Translations under genes and position numbers: made by a program
In this document: positions 40,621 to 51,840 of the stretch, one piece after another
Layout of the letters: each line of letters opens with the position of its first letter
Numbering within the stretch: position 1 is the first letter of the stretch
Notes under the pieces: generated by a model
The model's database searches: none
The model's input: the letters and a program-made list of their open reading frames with translations, nothing else
What the model was told of the DNA's origin: nothing
From: Oligoflexia bacterium
Lineage (GTDB): Bacteria > Bdellovibrionota > UBA1018
Length of the DNA: 64,000 nucleotides
Direction: 5' to 3'
NCBI GenBank assembly: GCA_963758495.1
Contig: CAVWVI010000005.1
Coordinates: 100,809 to 164,808, forward strand

Positions 40621-41362
40621 CTCAAAGCCTCCGAGAACCCTGATTGCGATTGTCGTGGTCATTGTCATAGCAGGCGTTTTCGCGAAATTTACAGTGTTTG
40701 CGAAAACTTTTAGATATGCAGGCACAGTCGAGGCGACAAAGGTTGATCTCTCGTCGCAGGTTTCCTCGACCTTATCAAAAATCTATGTTCACGAGGGTGA
40801 TCACATTAAAGAGAATCAACCTCTCGTGGAATTATCCTGTTCTGATATGAAAGTTGCTTCTGAACTGGCTCAAGTTAATTATGACCGGAACTTGAGGCTT
40901 TTGAAAGCAGGGACAGCCTCACAGGAAACTTTCGATCAGGTAAAAAATAAAAAGGAAGACGCTGACGTCAGACTTCAGTGGTGCAATCTTCAGTCTCCGA
41001 TTTCAGGGAGTGTACTAAGCCGATATCATGAGCCGGGCGAGCTAGTCGTGTTTGGCACGAAGCTCCTGACGCTTGCGAACATCAAGGATGTTTGGGCCTA
41101 TATCTACGTGCCTCAGCCCGATGTGTTTCATGTCAAGGCGGGATTGAAGGTGACGGCTCGCTTGCCAGAAATGCCGGGTCGAACTTTTATTGGGACAGTT
41201 GTGAAGGTCAATGATGAAGCCGAGTTCACCCCCAAGAATGTGCAAACTCGCTCCGAGAGAGAACGTCTGGTCTATGGCGTGAAAGTAAGCTTTCTGGGAT
41301 CAAATGATGATGAAGTATTAAAGCCGGGGATGACCGTCGAGGTCGAGCTTCCCAAGGAATAA
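40601..41362 (+). CDS. HlyD/YbhG-type membrane fusion protein
   Basis: GTVEA, EAEFTPKNVQT, LKPGM. Confidence 0.9.
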   Translation: MTTQKTNSKPPRTLIAIVVVIVIAGVFAKFTVFAKTFRYAGTVEATKVDLSSQVSSTLSKIYVHEGDHIKENQPLVELSCSDMKVASELAQVNYDRNLRLLKAGTASQETFDQVKNKKEDADVRLQWCNLQSPISGSVLSRYHEPGELVVFGTKLLTLANIKDVWAYIYVPQPDVFHVKAGLKVTARLPEMPGRTFIGTVVKVNDEAEFTPKNVQTRSERERLVYGVKVSFLGSNDDEVLKPGMTVEVELPKE

Positions 41363-41367
41363 CGAGT

Positions 41368-42111
41368 ATGACAAGCGAAGCGGCGATCTCTATTCAAGTG
41401 CAGGGAGTTTCAAAGGCGTTTGGAAAGACCCAAGCTCTTTCCAACCTGACGCTCGACTTTGCAGCTTCAACCATGCATGGGGTGATCGGACCTGAAGGGG
41501 CGGGAAAGACTACGCTCATGAGAATAATTCTCAGTCTTCTCAAGCCGCAAACAGGTTCGGTCACGTTTCGTGCCGGAATAGAAATCAAGCATTTCGAAGA
41601 GGTGCGCCCAGCGATCGCATACATGCCCCAACAGCAAAGCCTTTACGCCGATCTTTCGATCGGCGAGCACTTAGAGTTCTTTCGAGCGCTCTATGGTATC
41701 AGAGGCGAGCTCTACAATGAACGTCGCGAGGAGCTTCTCAAGATCACTCGCCTAAGCGACTTCATTGATCGTCCCGCTGGAAAGCTCTCAGGAGGGATGT
41801 ACAAGAAGCTTGGCCTGATTTGTGCGCTTCTCCGCTCCCCTCGTGTCATCATCCTGGATGAGCCGACCAATGGCGTTGACCCGATCAGTAGGCGAGAGTT
41901 CTGGGATCTTCTTTACCGACTTGGCGACCAAGGGATTTTGATTATCGTGACCACGGCCTACATGGATGAGGCCGAGCGATGCGCCGAGGTGCATTTGATC
42001 GAACAAGGTCAGTTTGTCGGAGAAGGAAAGCCAAGAGAGCTTCTTGCCCGAGAAGGAGCCCGCAGTTTTGATGAACTCTTTCTCAAAAGAGCCGGAGGAA
42101 GCGGCTTATGA
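41368..42111 (+). CDS. ABC transporter ATP-binding protein
   Basis: GPEGAGKT, LSGGM, LDEPT. Confidence 0.93.
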   Translation: MTSEAAISIQVQGVSKAFGKTQALSNLTLDFAASTMHGVIGPEGAGKTTLMRIILSLLKPQTGSVTFRAGIEIKHFEEVRPAIAYMPQQQSLYADLSIGEHLEFFRALYGIRGELYNERREELLKITRLSDFIDRPAGKLSGGMYKKLGLICALLRSPRVIILDEPTNGVDPISRREFWDLLYRLGDQGILIIVTTAYMDEAERCAEVHLIEQGQFVGEGKPRELLAREGARSFDELFLKRAGGSGL

Positions 42112-43055
42112 AACGAGACACAGTGGTCGAGGTCAAGAACCTGACCGTGAAGTTCGGCGAATTCTCTGCGGTAGATGATGTCTCATTTTCGGTGGAAGTT
42201 GGAGAGATTTTTGGATTTTTGGGAGCAAACGGTGCCGGAAAAACTACGACGATCCGAGTGCTTTGCGGCCTACTCAAGCCCACCTCCGGCTACGTGCGAG
42301 TCGCGGGCGTCGGATTTGAGAGCGGGGAGAATCAGATCAAGTCGAAGGTCGGTTATATGTCTCAAAAATTCACCCTCTATAACGATATGACCGTTGAAGA
42401 GAACTTGAACTTCACGGCTGATTTGCGAAAGCTCGACAAGACCACCTATCTCGCTCGAAGGAAAGAGCTACTTGACATGGTGTCGTTTAGCTATCCCTTA
42501 AGCTCTAAGGTGGCAGATCTCTCCGGCGGTGTGAAGCAACAGGTGTCGTTAGCTGCGTCTCTCTTGCACAACCCGGACATCGTCTTCCTCGATGAGCCCA
42601 CGGCTGGGGTCACTCCTGCGGCTCGTGCAAGGTTCTGGAATCTGATCCGAAAAGTTGCCGGAATCGGAAAAACCGTGTTCGTCACCACTCACTATATGGA
42701 CGAAGCAGAGCAATGCGGGCGCATTGCCTTAATGCGGACAGGAAAGCTGATCGCGCTCGATACTTCGGCTAATTTGAAAAAAAGTGTTTTTCCTGAACCC
42801 ATGCTGGAGCTAGAGCCCAAGGGAATCGTTAAATTCGAAGAAATCTCGAAGCTTCAGCACGACCCCATTTTTTCATACTTCGAAGCTTATGGACTTCGTT
42901 TTCACGCGTCGATTAGTGACCCGAAGGGCTGGGAGCAGAGCAAAAGAAAATACGAAAAAGATTTTATCATCACAGAAATCGCCCCCACCTTGGAGGATGT
43001 ATTCATTCGATGCGTCGAAGGCAAGACGAACGCGGGCCAAAGGAGTACTTCGTGA
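42108..43055 (+). CDS. ABC transporter ATP-binding protein
   Basis: GANGAGKT, LSGG, LDEPT, TTHYMDEA. Confidence 0.93.
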   Translation: MKRDTVVEVKNLTVKFGEFSAVDDVSFSVEVGEIFGFLGANGAGKTTTIRVLCGLLKPTSGYVRVAGVGFESGENQIKSKVGYMSQKFTLYNDMTVEENLNFTADLRKLDKTTYLARRKELLDMVSFSYPLSSKVADLSGGVKQQVSLAASLLHNPDIVFLDEPTAGVTPAARARFWNLIRKVAGIGKTVFVTTHYMDEAEQCGRIALMRTGKLIALDTSANLKKSVFPEPMLELEPKGIVKFEEISKLQHDPIFSYFEAYGLRFHASISDPKGWEQSKRKYEKDFIITEIAPTLEDVFIRCVEGKTNAGQRSTS

Positions 43056-44173
43056 GTGAGAAATTTGTTTTTGAGCGAGCACTGGCGATTGCAAAGAAAG
43101 AGGTATTTCACATCCTCCGTGATCCTTTCACGCTCATCCTAGCACTCGTTTTCCCTGTATTCACCATTCTCGTTTATGGATATTCAATTGACTTCAACTT
43201 AACCGATATTGGACTCGCAGTGAGCGACGCGGATCAGAGTCAGACCTCAAGGACGTTACTCAGTACATTCGGAAGCTCTGAGTACTTTATCTTAAATAAC
43301 AGCGGCTCGCCCGCAGACGCGCTTCAAGAAGTGCAAGGCGAGCGCTCGAAAGCAACGATTATTATCCCTCCGCAATTTGAAAAAGAGGTGTTCGCGGGTC
43401 GAACGGGTCGTGTCCAGATACTTGTGGATGGGGCCGATAGCACAGCAGTCAGCTCGGTGCTTGGATATGTCGCTGCCATTCAGAGCACGGCCAATCGAGA
43501 AATCGCCGACTCATCAGCGGCCTCTCCCTACGAGCTGCGTACACGCTATATGTATAATCCTGAACTCAGCAGTAAGTGGTTCATTATTCCTGGTCTGATC
43601 GCGCTCGTGATGGCGATTCTTTCAATCATGCTCACGGCGCTCACGGTTGCGAGAGAATGGGAAAACGGTTCGATGGAGCTCCTACTCTCTACACCTGTTC
43701 TACCCATTGAAATTATTTTAGGAAAGCTCGCACCCTACGGAATCCTGGGCGTCATCGCGATCATCATGTCTTATGCCCTAGCCCGGACAGTGTTCGGTGT
43801 CCCCTTTATGGGAAGTATTCCAGTATTTGCACTGGGCTGTTGCATTTTTTTGGTCGCTTACCTTGCCCAAGGGCTACTGATTTCGGTGGTAACGCGAAAT
43901 CAACAGGTCGCTACTCAAATGGCAATGGTCACGGGACTGCTTCCCTCTAACATGCTTTCGGGTTTTGTTTTCCCCATTGCAAGCATGCCACTCTTTTTTC
44001 GTTTGCTGACGATGATTTTCCCCGCTCGTTGGTTTATGCAGATCGCTCGCGAAAGTTTTCTGAGTGGCCCACCGGCAAGGGAACTTCTGATTCCACTCTT
44101 GGCGCTCTGTCTCATCGCAGCTGTCATGATTCGATTGGCGACTAAGCGTTTTAAGCGAGACCTGGAGCCTTGA
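43052..44173 (+). CDS. ABC-2 type permease (YbhS-like)
   Basis: AIAKKEVFHILRD, AREWENGSMELL. Confidence 0.9.
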   Translation: MSEKFVFERALAIAKKEVFHILRDPFTLILALVFPVFTILVYGYSIDFNLTDIGLAVSDADQSQTSRTLLSTFGSSEYFILNNSGSPADALQEVQGERSKATIIIPPQFEKEVFAGRTGRVQILVDGADSTAVSSVLGYVAAIQSTANREIADSSAASPYELRTRYMYNPELSSKWFIIPGLIALVMAILSIMLTALTVAREWENGSMELLLSTPVLPIEIILGKLAPYGILGVIAIIMSYALARTVFGVPFMGSIPVFALGCCIFLVAYLAQGLLISVVTRNQQVATQMAMVTGLLPSNMLSGFVFPIASMPLFFRLLTMIFPARWFMQIARESFLSGPPARELLIPLLALCLIAAVMIRLATKRFKRDLEP

Positions 44174-44183
44174 GGAAAGAAAT

Positions 44184-45287
44184 ATGATCAATCAGACACT
44201 CAAAGGATTTATCCGAAAAGAACTAACGCAGAGTCTGCGCGACCCCAAGATGAGATTTTTTCTTTTCGTGGTGCCGGTCATTCAATTAACCCTATTTGGG
44301 TACGCTCTCTCCACTGAGGTCAAGAATATCCGGTTAGCCGCCCATTTTGATACAAAGGATTCCGTTCTTCGCGACATCTACGAGCGAAGTATTCAGAGCA
44401 AGTGGTTCATTCCAGCCAAGACTTCCCTGACTGATCCGGCTGAAATCATTCGAAGAGGGCAAGCCGACGCAGTCCTGGTGCCACCGCCTGGAGGCTTTAC
44501 GAGCACACTCGGGCACGGCGATGCCCATCTTCAGCTTTTGATCAATGCCACCAATGCGACGCAAGCGGCAGCGGTAGAAAGCTACCTCACGGCGATCACG
44601 TCTCAGGTTGTCAAAGACGATCTCGGCAGCACGCAAGCAAAGCTCCCCATCCAATTCAACATTCGTGTCTTGTACAATCCGTCCTTGGATACGTCGATAT
44701 TCATGGTGCCCGGAGTCTTATGCACGCTCATGGTGATGGCTTCTCTTACGCTTTGCATGGGTGCCATGACTCGCGAAAAAGAGACTGGCACTTTCGAGAT
44801 GCTGATATCAGCTCCAGTGAGCACTTCTGAAATTATTTTTGGAAAGACAATCCCCTACGTCCTCTTGGGAATGTGCAATTTTCCTTTTACTCTCGCGGTT
44901 GCTGTCTTTGTATTCGGAGTCCCGCTCCGTGGGTCTTTAATTTTATTGATGACTGCCGCATTATTCTTCGTCTGTACCGCAGTGGCGATTGGCGCGCTCC
45001 TTTCATCTCTCTGTAAGAATCAGCAGCAGGCGAACTTAGCCAGCTTCTTATTTATGTTTCCGGCCATCATGTTTTCTGGGCTCATGTTTCCTACCGAAAA
45101 CATACCGAAAGCTCTCAAGTTCTTGGCCTACATCGATCCATTGTCCCATTACCTGTCCATTCTAAGAAATATCATGCTGAAAGGCGGTGATCTCCAGTTT
45201 GTCTGGACGCACATCGCGTTTCTCACGGTGATCGGTGTGATAGCAGCATTTTTCAGCTTCAGGAGATTCGCAACAACATTGCAATAG
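44184..45287 (+). CDS. ABC-2 type permease (YbhR-like)
   Basis: FIRKELTQSLRD, REKETGTFEML. Confidence 0.9.
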   Translation: MINQTLKGFIRKELTQSLRDPKMRFFLFVVPVIQLTLFGYALSTEVKNIRLAAHFDTKDSVLRDIYERSIQSKWFIPAKTSLTDPAEIIRRGQADAVLVPPPGGFTSTLGHGDAHLQLLINATNATQAAAVESYLTAITSQVVKDDLGSTQAKLPIQFNIRVLYNPSLDTSIFMVPGVLCTLMVMASLTLCMGAMTREKETGTFEMLISAPVSTSEIIFGKTIPYVLLGMCNFPFTLAVAVFVFGVPLRGSLILLMTAALFFVCTAVAIGALLSSLCKNQQQANLASFLFMFPAIMFSGLMFPTENIPKALKFLAYIDPLSHYLSILRNIMLKGGDLQFVWTHIAFLTVIGVIAAFFSFRRFATTLQ

Positions 45288-45522
45288 GAGAGCAGATGAT
45301 TCAAGTCACCAAGCTAGTAAACTAGCTCAAGAAATTGGGGAGGGTCGGAGGCCATCCTAATTCTAAGAAAACCAGCCACAAAGATTGTTCCATAATTTCT
45401 GAAATGTTATTTGGATAATTGTAGAAGCTGGTCTACTATTTTGCCAATACAGATCTGATCGAAAGCTTGATTGGCTATTTCCAAAGATCTTAATTGAATC
45501 TACCCATTATCTCGCAGATTTT

Positions 45523-46475
45523 GTGGGGGGTGCTTATAAAATTACCCGTGAAGAAGTTCTTTCAGGGGAAATTCTAAACGCCGATGAAACCCCTCATAAA
45601 ATGCTGGAGGGAGATCCGAAGAAGAACTGGGGGCTCTGGGGATTTTTAAGTATGGATCGAGGAGTCTACTTTGAAATCAGAGATACTCGTGCTGGAGAAG
45701 TTGCTTCTGCCGTATTAGTTGATTCTATCTGCAAGTATCTCATGAGTGATGCCTATAGCGGCTATGGGAAAGCTCTCAGAGAGGCAAACGAAATCCGTAA
45801 AAAGAAGGGTCTGCTACCCATCCAGTGTCTTTATTGCAATGCCCATTCGATTCGTAAATTTAAGGAGGCGAGAGAAGTTTTAAAACAACAAGACCTAGAG
45901 GACCCTGAATGTGAGTGGTTTGTAGCTCAGTACAAAATAATTTATGATCTTAATGAAGAGTCCAAAAATCTCCATCCTGAGGGGGTGATGGACCTCCGCA
46001 GGAAAATGCTCCCGATCTTTGAGGAGATGAAAAAGCGAGCAGGACAAATTCAAAATAGCTACTCTTCAAAGAGTAAGATGGGAGGGGCAATCTCATACCT
46101 TCTAGATTATTATGATGAATTAACTTTATTCACCACTCAATGGGATCTCCCCATAGACAACAATATTCTTGAGCGTCAATTAAGAAATCCAGTTGTTGGA
46201 AGAAAAACGTGGCTGGGCACACACTCTAAGCGTGGCGCACAAACTGCGGCAGTACTATTCACTCTTGTCGAAAGCTGTAAAATGATCGGAGTAAATCCCA
46301 GAGAATATTTTAAGGTCCTCGTTGAAGATCTCCACCAGGGTAAAGGTCCCTTCTCCCCTTACCAATTCAAGACGCGTCAATCTCAAGCTAAAGCAGCTTA
46401 AATCAGCCCCTTTTTAAAATTTCTATTATAAAAAATCCATTTTTTACTTCCATGTGTGCGCTGCCGACGATCTAC
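45523..46475 (+). mobile_element. IS66-family TnpC, 5'-truncated, with probable right end near 46475
   Basis: ADETP, SDAYSGY, CNAH..RKF, IDNN..ER..R, ESCK..GVNP..Y; N-terminal part and tnpA/B missing. Confidence 0.85.
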
Positions 46476-46880
46476 GAAAGAAAGCACGGGACGACCTGCC
46501 AAAAGCCACTCATTGTTTTTTTAGAAAACGAGGTCAGCACTCTCAAGCCTTTGCCAGCCTTATGCTACGGACGCGAGGAGGTGGCCTATCCAACAGTTAG
46601 GAAGGATGGATTTGTTCGCTTCGCCAACAAATATTACGCAGTGGCCGATGAGCACATAGGGAAAGACGTCGTGGTGATTGCCTCACCCACTCAGGTCTCC
46701 ATTTATGATCGCGGGAGACTATTGGAACTCTACACTCGAATGACAGGGAAAGAATCTACCCATGCAATCAAAGACCACCTCAAAAATGCGCAATTTCAGA
46801 GATGGGAGCACCCCGATTTCAAGTTAGGGATCACCTGAATTTCATCGTAGGGATCACCCCTCGGAGCGAAGCGACGATTG

Positions 46881-47645
46881 TTACTGCGTCTCTTTAAGTT
46901 GATCAAGTTTTTTTGCTTTTATTCGTCTATAACTCTCGCCAGTAATTTTTATCTGAACAGCCATCCCCTCAATTCGGTCAATGATTGCTTCTGAGAGAAC
47001 TGGATCTGGAAGAACCTCAGCCCAGTGTTCCAGGGGTAACTGAGTAGTGACAAGAGTGGATTTCCCATAGGATCTCTCTTCTAAGATCTCTCTCAAGTCT
47101 TCAGCCTCCAATGGATTAAATTTTCTAAGTCCAAAATCGTCAATAATGAGCAAGTCGGGCTTTGTGAGCTTTTCTTTGAATTTGAGATAGCTATGGGTAC
47201 TTCTCGCAAGGATTTGTTGCTCTAGGAATGTGCTTGCCGACAGGAAGATCACCGTTTTTCCCAACTGACATGCTCTGAGTCCAATCGCTTGGGATAGATA
47301 TGTTTTACCCACGCCAGTTTGCCCGATGAGGAGCAGTGGTCGGCCATCTTCGAGCCATTTCATAGAATGTAGTTCTTTTACCTGCGTTTTCGTAATACTT
47401 CTTTTGGCTGTGAAGTCAAAGTCTTCGAAGGATGCGGATCGCTTCAACTTGGAATTCTTGATTCGGCTCTCTATTTTCTTTTTGTTCCGATGGTCTGACT
47501 CTGCTTGAAGTAAGACATCTAAAAACTCTAAGTAACTCCACCCATCCTGAGTGCCATCTGTTAGGGTTTTCTCGAGTGTGTCTGCAATTCCATTTAACCT
47601 GAGCTCAGACAATAGTTGTCTGATTTGAGTTGGACTCATAATCAT
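46881..47645 (-). CDS. istB: IS21 helper ATPase (element B)
   Basis: GQTGVGKT, LLIIDDFG, AIIDRI, GESYR. Confidence 0.93.
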   Translation of the reverse strand: MIMSPTQIRQLLSELRLNGIADTLEKTLTDGTQDGWSYLEFLDVLLQAESDHRNKKKIESRIKNSKLKRSASFEDFDFTAKRSITKTQVKELHSMKWLEDGRPLLLIGQTGVGKTYLSQAIGLRACQLGKTVIFLSASTFLEQQILARSTHSYLKFKEKLTKPDLLIIDDFGLRKFNPLEAEDLREILEERSYGKSTLVTTQLPLEHWAEVLPDPVLSEAIIDRIEGMAVQIKITGESYRRIKAKKLDQLKETQ

Positions 47646-47676
47646 TATTCTCCTTATTTTATTGATTGCGGCAATA

Positions 47677-49188
47677 TTAGGTTGCTACCTCAGACTTCGC
47701 ATTTGCCTGGCGAAGCATGGGGTTTCCAGGCATTCTCTGGATATTAAAATCCTGAGCCTGAGAAAATTGGTGTTTCTTAAGACCATTGAGACATTCTCGG
47801 AAGTAGGTCACTCGGATTTTTTCAAAGCGTCTCATCTGCTGAATGGCATTTATAATTCGAGGTTCTGCCAATGCCCTTCCGGAGCTTTTGATCTCCTCCT
47901 GAGCAACCCTCAGAAGTCCCTGCACTCTTCTAATATTCCCAAGTGCATTTTCATTAAATAAGTCATCCACTAAAGACCTTAGATCTGAGTGAATAAATCT
48001 TGCTTGTGATAATAGATTCTGTGGCGTAGCTTCACGATATGCTTGTGAATTAGGAGGTAAATGATCATTTTGAATCACTCTTGAGGCATGTCTTCGGTGT
48101 CTGGCGTGGATGGCTAGTCTTTGATTTTCATAAAAAATCTCAACCTGATTCTGAGTTAACTTAACTCGTACCTCTTTTCCCCGATAAAGGTATGGCACTG
48201 AGTAAAATACTTGATCCACAGAAATGGTGGAATCAGGGTGGACTCTTGCTTTTGTCCATTCAATGGATTCAAATGGAGAATCAGGGAGAGCCTTCAGAGC
48301 CTTCTTTTCAAGAAGCTGCCAGCGCTCCAATCGAGAAGTTTTAAATCGTGTATGACTTCTTTCATTGATCTGCTTCACCACTTCAGAAAGTGCTCTGTTA
48401 ATTTCATCAAGAGAGAAGAACGTGTGTCGTCTATAGTTCCACCTGAATAGTCTCATGATCAATTTCACAGCTCCTTCGACGATAGGCTTGTCCTTTGGGC
48501 GTCGGGGCCTTGCTGGAACAATTGCTGTTCCGTAATGAGTTGCCAATTCAGTATAAGCTGGATTCAGATCTGGATCATATCGGTGGGCTTTAATTACACC
48601 GTTCTTAAGGCAATCACAGACTGTAACGGCTGGGACACCCTGGAAGTGAGTGTACATTTTTTGATGGGCCAATAGCCAGTTTCGACTCTTTTCATCTTCA
48701 GAGGCCCAGGCAAACAAATACTGACTGAAAGCCAGTGCCCCGATAAAAATATGCGCATAATGAATCTCACCTTGAGAATTGATCCATTCAATCTTATCTC
48801 CGGCATAGTCCACCTCACATTGACTTCCGGGAGCGAAGTCCCTTAAGGTCACTGTTGCTTTGAGTAGGTGGGGAAACTTACGCTGCAGAGTCTTCCAGAA
48901 ATTCGAATAACTCGTGACTGGGCTTGCCTTCTCCTCCCATATTCTTAGGAGTTCAAATCCTAGGGAAATTTCTTTAGCTATCTCTATCCAGTCTACAAGT
49001 TCAATCCAAAGTGGGCTTTTAGCTGGACTCGCTAATTCTTCATTAGGTTGATCCATTTGGGTTCTAAGATCTGCAACTAGTGTCCTCCGACACTTCAGAG
49101 CTCGCGCTATAAACTTGTTTGATTGTCCCTCTCTAATGAGTCTTTTAATATCCTCTACACGCGCCACAGTTAATCCTTTCCGGGCCAT
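47677..49188 (-). CDS. istA: IS21 transposase (element B)
   Basis: EVDYAG, VCDCLK, PKDKPIVEGAV, FYSVP. Confidence 0.93.
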   Translation of the reverse strand: MARKGLTVARVEDIKRLIREGQSNKFIARALKCRRTLVADLRTQMDQPNEELASPAKSPLWIELVDWIEIAKEISLGFELLRIWEEKASPVTSYSNFWKTLQRKFPHLLKATVTLRDFAPGSQCEVDYAGDKIEWINSQGEIHYAHIFIGALAFSQYLFAWASEDEKSRNWLLAHQKMYTHFQGVPAVTVCDCLKNGVIKAHRYDPDLNPAYTELATHYGTAIVPARPRRPKDKPIVEGAVKLIMRLFRWNYRRHTFFSLDEINRALSEVVKQINERSHTRFKTSRLERWQLLEKKALKALPDSPFESIEWTKARVHPDSTISVDQVFYSVPYLYRGKEVRVKLTQNQVEIFYENQRLAIHARHRRHASRVIQNDHLPPNSQAYREATPQNLLSQARFIHSDLRSLVDDLFNENALGNIRRVQGLLRVAQEEIKSSGRALAEPRIINAIQQMRRFEKIRVTYFRECLNGLKKHQFSQAQDFNIQRMPGNPMLRQANAKSEVAT

Positions 49189-49753
49189 CAGTTCTCTCCT
49201 TTTTAATTGAAGAGGACTATACACCCGCCTGTTTTGGCGCTCCGAGGGGTGATCCCAATAGTGAAATCAGGGTGATCCCTACGATGAAATTGAGGTGATC
49301 CCTAACTTGAAATCGGGGTGATCCCTATAATGAAATTTTGCAAAAAGTCATGGCAAAAGCTTGAAGAGCAGAATAGAGGGCTGCTCTCACTAGCCAAAAA
49401 AATAGGGCAAAATACCGAAAAATTTGTTCGCGCAGCTCTCAGTCGTGGTGAGGGATTTGTCGATACTCGGGTCGTCTGGGGACTTCTATCGCTTGATAAA
49501 ACTTATACGAAAGAAGCAATTGATCAGGCCGCAGGTATAGCCCTTGAAATGAACACCTTATCTTCGCGCCTAGTAGAGCGTCTGATTAAACTGACACTGC
49601 AGAAATCAAAAATTAAGGAAAGCCAAAACCCACCGCAACATCGGAGGGAAGTAGCTACCGCAAAGTTCATTCGCCCTATGAGTGTTTATACTGAACAACT
49701 CAAGAGCGGCATGAAATCAACCAGCACCTAAACTCAAGAAAGGGTAAATAAAA

Positions 49754-50515
49754 ATGGATATCGAAACTATACGTTCACAACTTAAGAGTCTCAAGCTAGG
49801 CATCGCCGCAACAGAAATTGACACCGTACTGGCCAACCAAAAGAAGGCCGTGTCGTTGGGATGGCTGGGAGAACTCCTAGAGAGAGAGCTGGATGCTAGA
49901 AAAGAAAATGCTCTCAATTCCAGGATAAAAGCAGCAAAATTCCCAGAAGCTACAACTATTGATGGATTCGATTTTGCTTTTAATCCCGAGATTGATGAGA
50001 CAGCGATCCGCCGTCTTGCAACTCTAGGGTTCATCCAGCAAAACCGAATCGCTCTTTTCTTGGGAAACGCTGGAACCGGGAAAACCCATCTAGCTATCGC
50101 TATCGGGATACTCGCGGCACGGACAGGGCATCGGGTTTACTGTAGCTCAGCTAAGCGACTCCAGGCCCAGATCATCGAGGCAAAAATGAAAAATTCCCTA
50201 GGCGATCTATTCAAAAAAATTCTCTCCTCAAAACTCTGGATCATCGATGATTGGGGCGTGGTCCATCATCCGAGAGAAGTTGCTGAGGAGATCTTTGATT
50301 TAATGGATCGCCGTAAGCACACCTCGGCCATGATTCTCACAAGTAATCGCGACGTTGAAGAGTGGCCTCAGGTCTTTGACGACCCTGTCGTCTCGAATAT
50401 CACGATCGATCGAATCTTCGATCGAGCTGAAACAGTGATCTTCAAGGGGGAAAGCTACAGGCTGAAAGGAAAAATACAAATCAAGGATGTTGACCTCGAA
50501 CCTACGAGGCATTAA
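49754..50515 (+). CDS. istB: IS21 helper ATPase (element A)
   Basis: GNAGTGKT, WIIDDWG, TIDRI, GESYR. Confidence 0.93.
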   Translation: MDIETIRSQLKSLKLGIAATEIDTVLANQKKAVSLGWLGELLERELDARKENALNSRIKAAKFPEATTIDGFDFAFNPEIDETAIRRLATLGFIQQNRIALFLGNAGTGKTHLAIAIGILAARTGHRVYCSSAKRLQAQIIEAKMKNSLGDLFKKILSSKLWIIDDWGVVHHPREVAEEIFDLMDRRKHTSAMILTSNRDVEEWPQVFDDPVVSNITIDRIFDRAETVIFKGESYRLKGKIQIKDVDLEPTRH

Positions 50516-50872
50516 AAGAAATGCTGAACCGGGGGGTCCAGATTGCTGGGACGAAGAGGGGTTCAATTACCTGGGACGGGACAGTTAGAGTAAAAGCCGC
50601 CTAAGATGCTTGACTTAAACCTAAAAAAAGACTGAGATAAATCGCGAATTTTGATATTTTTAAATTTTCCACAATAACTATTTCCTTAAAAAGCTAGGCT
50701 CGCAATTTTAGCAAGCGATGTAAATTATGCAGTAATTATTTAAAAAATCAATGTAAAAAGTCATCTGAATTAAGTTTAATGAAAATCCTTCGTACTGATG
50801 GCAATAAATTCCCAAAAATGCCTTACTACATTAGTTCTCGGAGAGCCACAGCAGGTCTACTCACGACCAATA

Positions 50873-51208
50873 TTAGCTGGCTTTCTTGTGCTGCTCTTGC
50901 TTAGACGTGAGGAGTCTACTTGCGGCTTTTCGCACGCGTATTGCCTGCTTTTCATACTGGCTCTTGCCATTTGGAAACAACAAAGACTCCGGTGAAATGC
51001 CCAGTGCAGCTCCAATGAGCGTTGCGCGCTTTACTCCGATTTCAAGCTTGTTATTTTCTATGGCACTTAAATTAGACTCTGGGATTCCAGTTAGCCGTGA
51101 TAACTCTTTCAGAGTTATACTAAAGTTATTGCGAAACGCCTTAATCGTACTTCCTGTAGTGCTATCTGTTGGGAGAAAATCCATTAAATCTTTTAACTTT
51201 TTCTCCAT
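50873..51208 (-). CDS. XRE-HTH antitoxin (HigA-like)
   Basis: TLKELSRLTGIPESNLSAIENNK HTH, downstream of a RelE-like toxin. Confidence 0.8.
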   Translation of the reverse strand: MEKKLKDLMDFLPTDSTTGSTIKAFRNNFSITLKELSRLTGIPESNLSAIENNKLEIGVKRATLIGAALGISPESLLFPNGKSQYEKQAIRVRKAASRLLTSKQEQHKKAS

Positions 51209-51211
51209 ATG

Positions 51212-51526
51212 TTACTCCTTTTTCTTATAATTATGGTCTTTAGTAATTCGTACTATAATAACAGTCACAACTTGATCCTCAATTCGATAGATAATCCGAC
51301 CTTTGTAACTAAAGCTGGATGATCTATAGCCTTCCCATTCTCCATATAAAGGATGATCGGCCCAAATGTCCGGTCTTTTTAATAAAGCTTCCGGTCCACC
51401 TTCTATAACAATTCTTCGCCACTCCTTGATTACTTCAAGGTCATCGCGGGTCAGGATTTTTCTCTGAAAGACCTCCGCAGCCTTATCTTCAACTTTTACT
51501 TGCCAGAGGCCTGAACCAAGTTTCAT
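51212..51526 (-). CDS. RelE/YafQ/HigB-family type II toxin
   Basis: DHPLYGEWEGYRS, RIIYRI; toxin-first order. Confidence 0.82.
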   Translation of the reverse strand: MKLGSGLWQVKVEDKAAEVFQRKILTRDDLEVIKEWRRIVIEGGPEALLKRPDIWADHPLYGEWEGYRSSSFSYKGRIIYRIEDQVVTVIIVRITKDHNYKKKE

Positions 51527-51580
51527 CTTACTAAAAAGAGTAACTTATTATTATTAGTAAGTCAAGGTTTATAGGGTATT

Positions 51581-51751
51581 ATGAGACTTCGGTATCAGTT
51601 ACTAAATCCATTTGATTTATCAAAAGGTTTAGAAAAGAAGCTGGAAGAGTTCTTTTATTTAGTTAAGAGAAAGAAGCTCTGGCAAGTTGCCTAAGGATTA
51701 TAAGTCATTATTCCGGTGAGCTTTTCCCATAAGTCAATACGCACGCGAACA
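51581..51751 (+). mobile_element. 3' remnant of a transposase related to 51841-53031, plus right end
   Basis: MRLRYQLLNPFDLSKGLEKKLEEFF.. matches SLNPFKLAEGMELKLSQFY; followed by cggtgagcttttcccataagtcaatacg..aca. Confidence 0.6.
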
Positions 51752-51840
51752 AAAACATTCAATAATATTAGTTATATACCTTCGTATCAGACAATAAATA
51801 GCTGTCACCAAGGAGCGAAGCGTTAAATAGAGTAAGTTTA

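Larger units (their letters stand above)
46787..49342 (-). mobile_element. Complete IS21-family element B
   Basis: TG..CA termini; multiple internal gggtgatccc..gaaat repeats inverted at both ends; AAAA target duplication. Confidence 0.9.
46476..50583 (+). mobile_element. IS21-family element A, 5'-truncated and interrupted by IS21 element B
   Basis: istA pieces 46476-46786 and 49343-49731, istB 49754-50515, repeated right end ending ..gggaCA at 50583. Confidence 0.85.
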
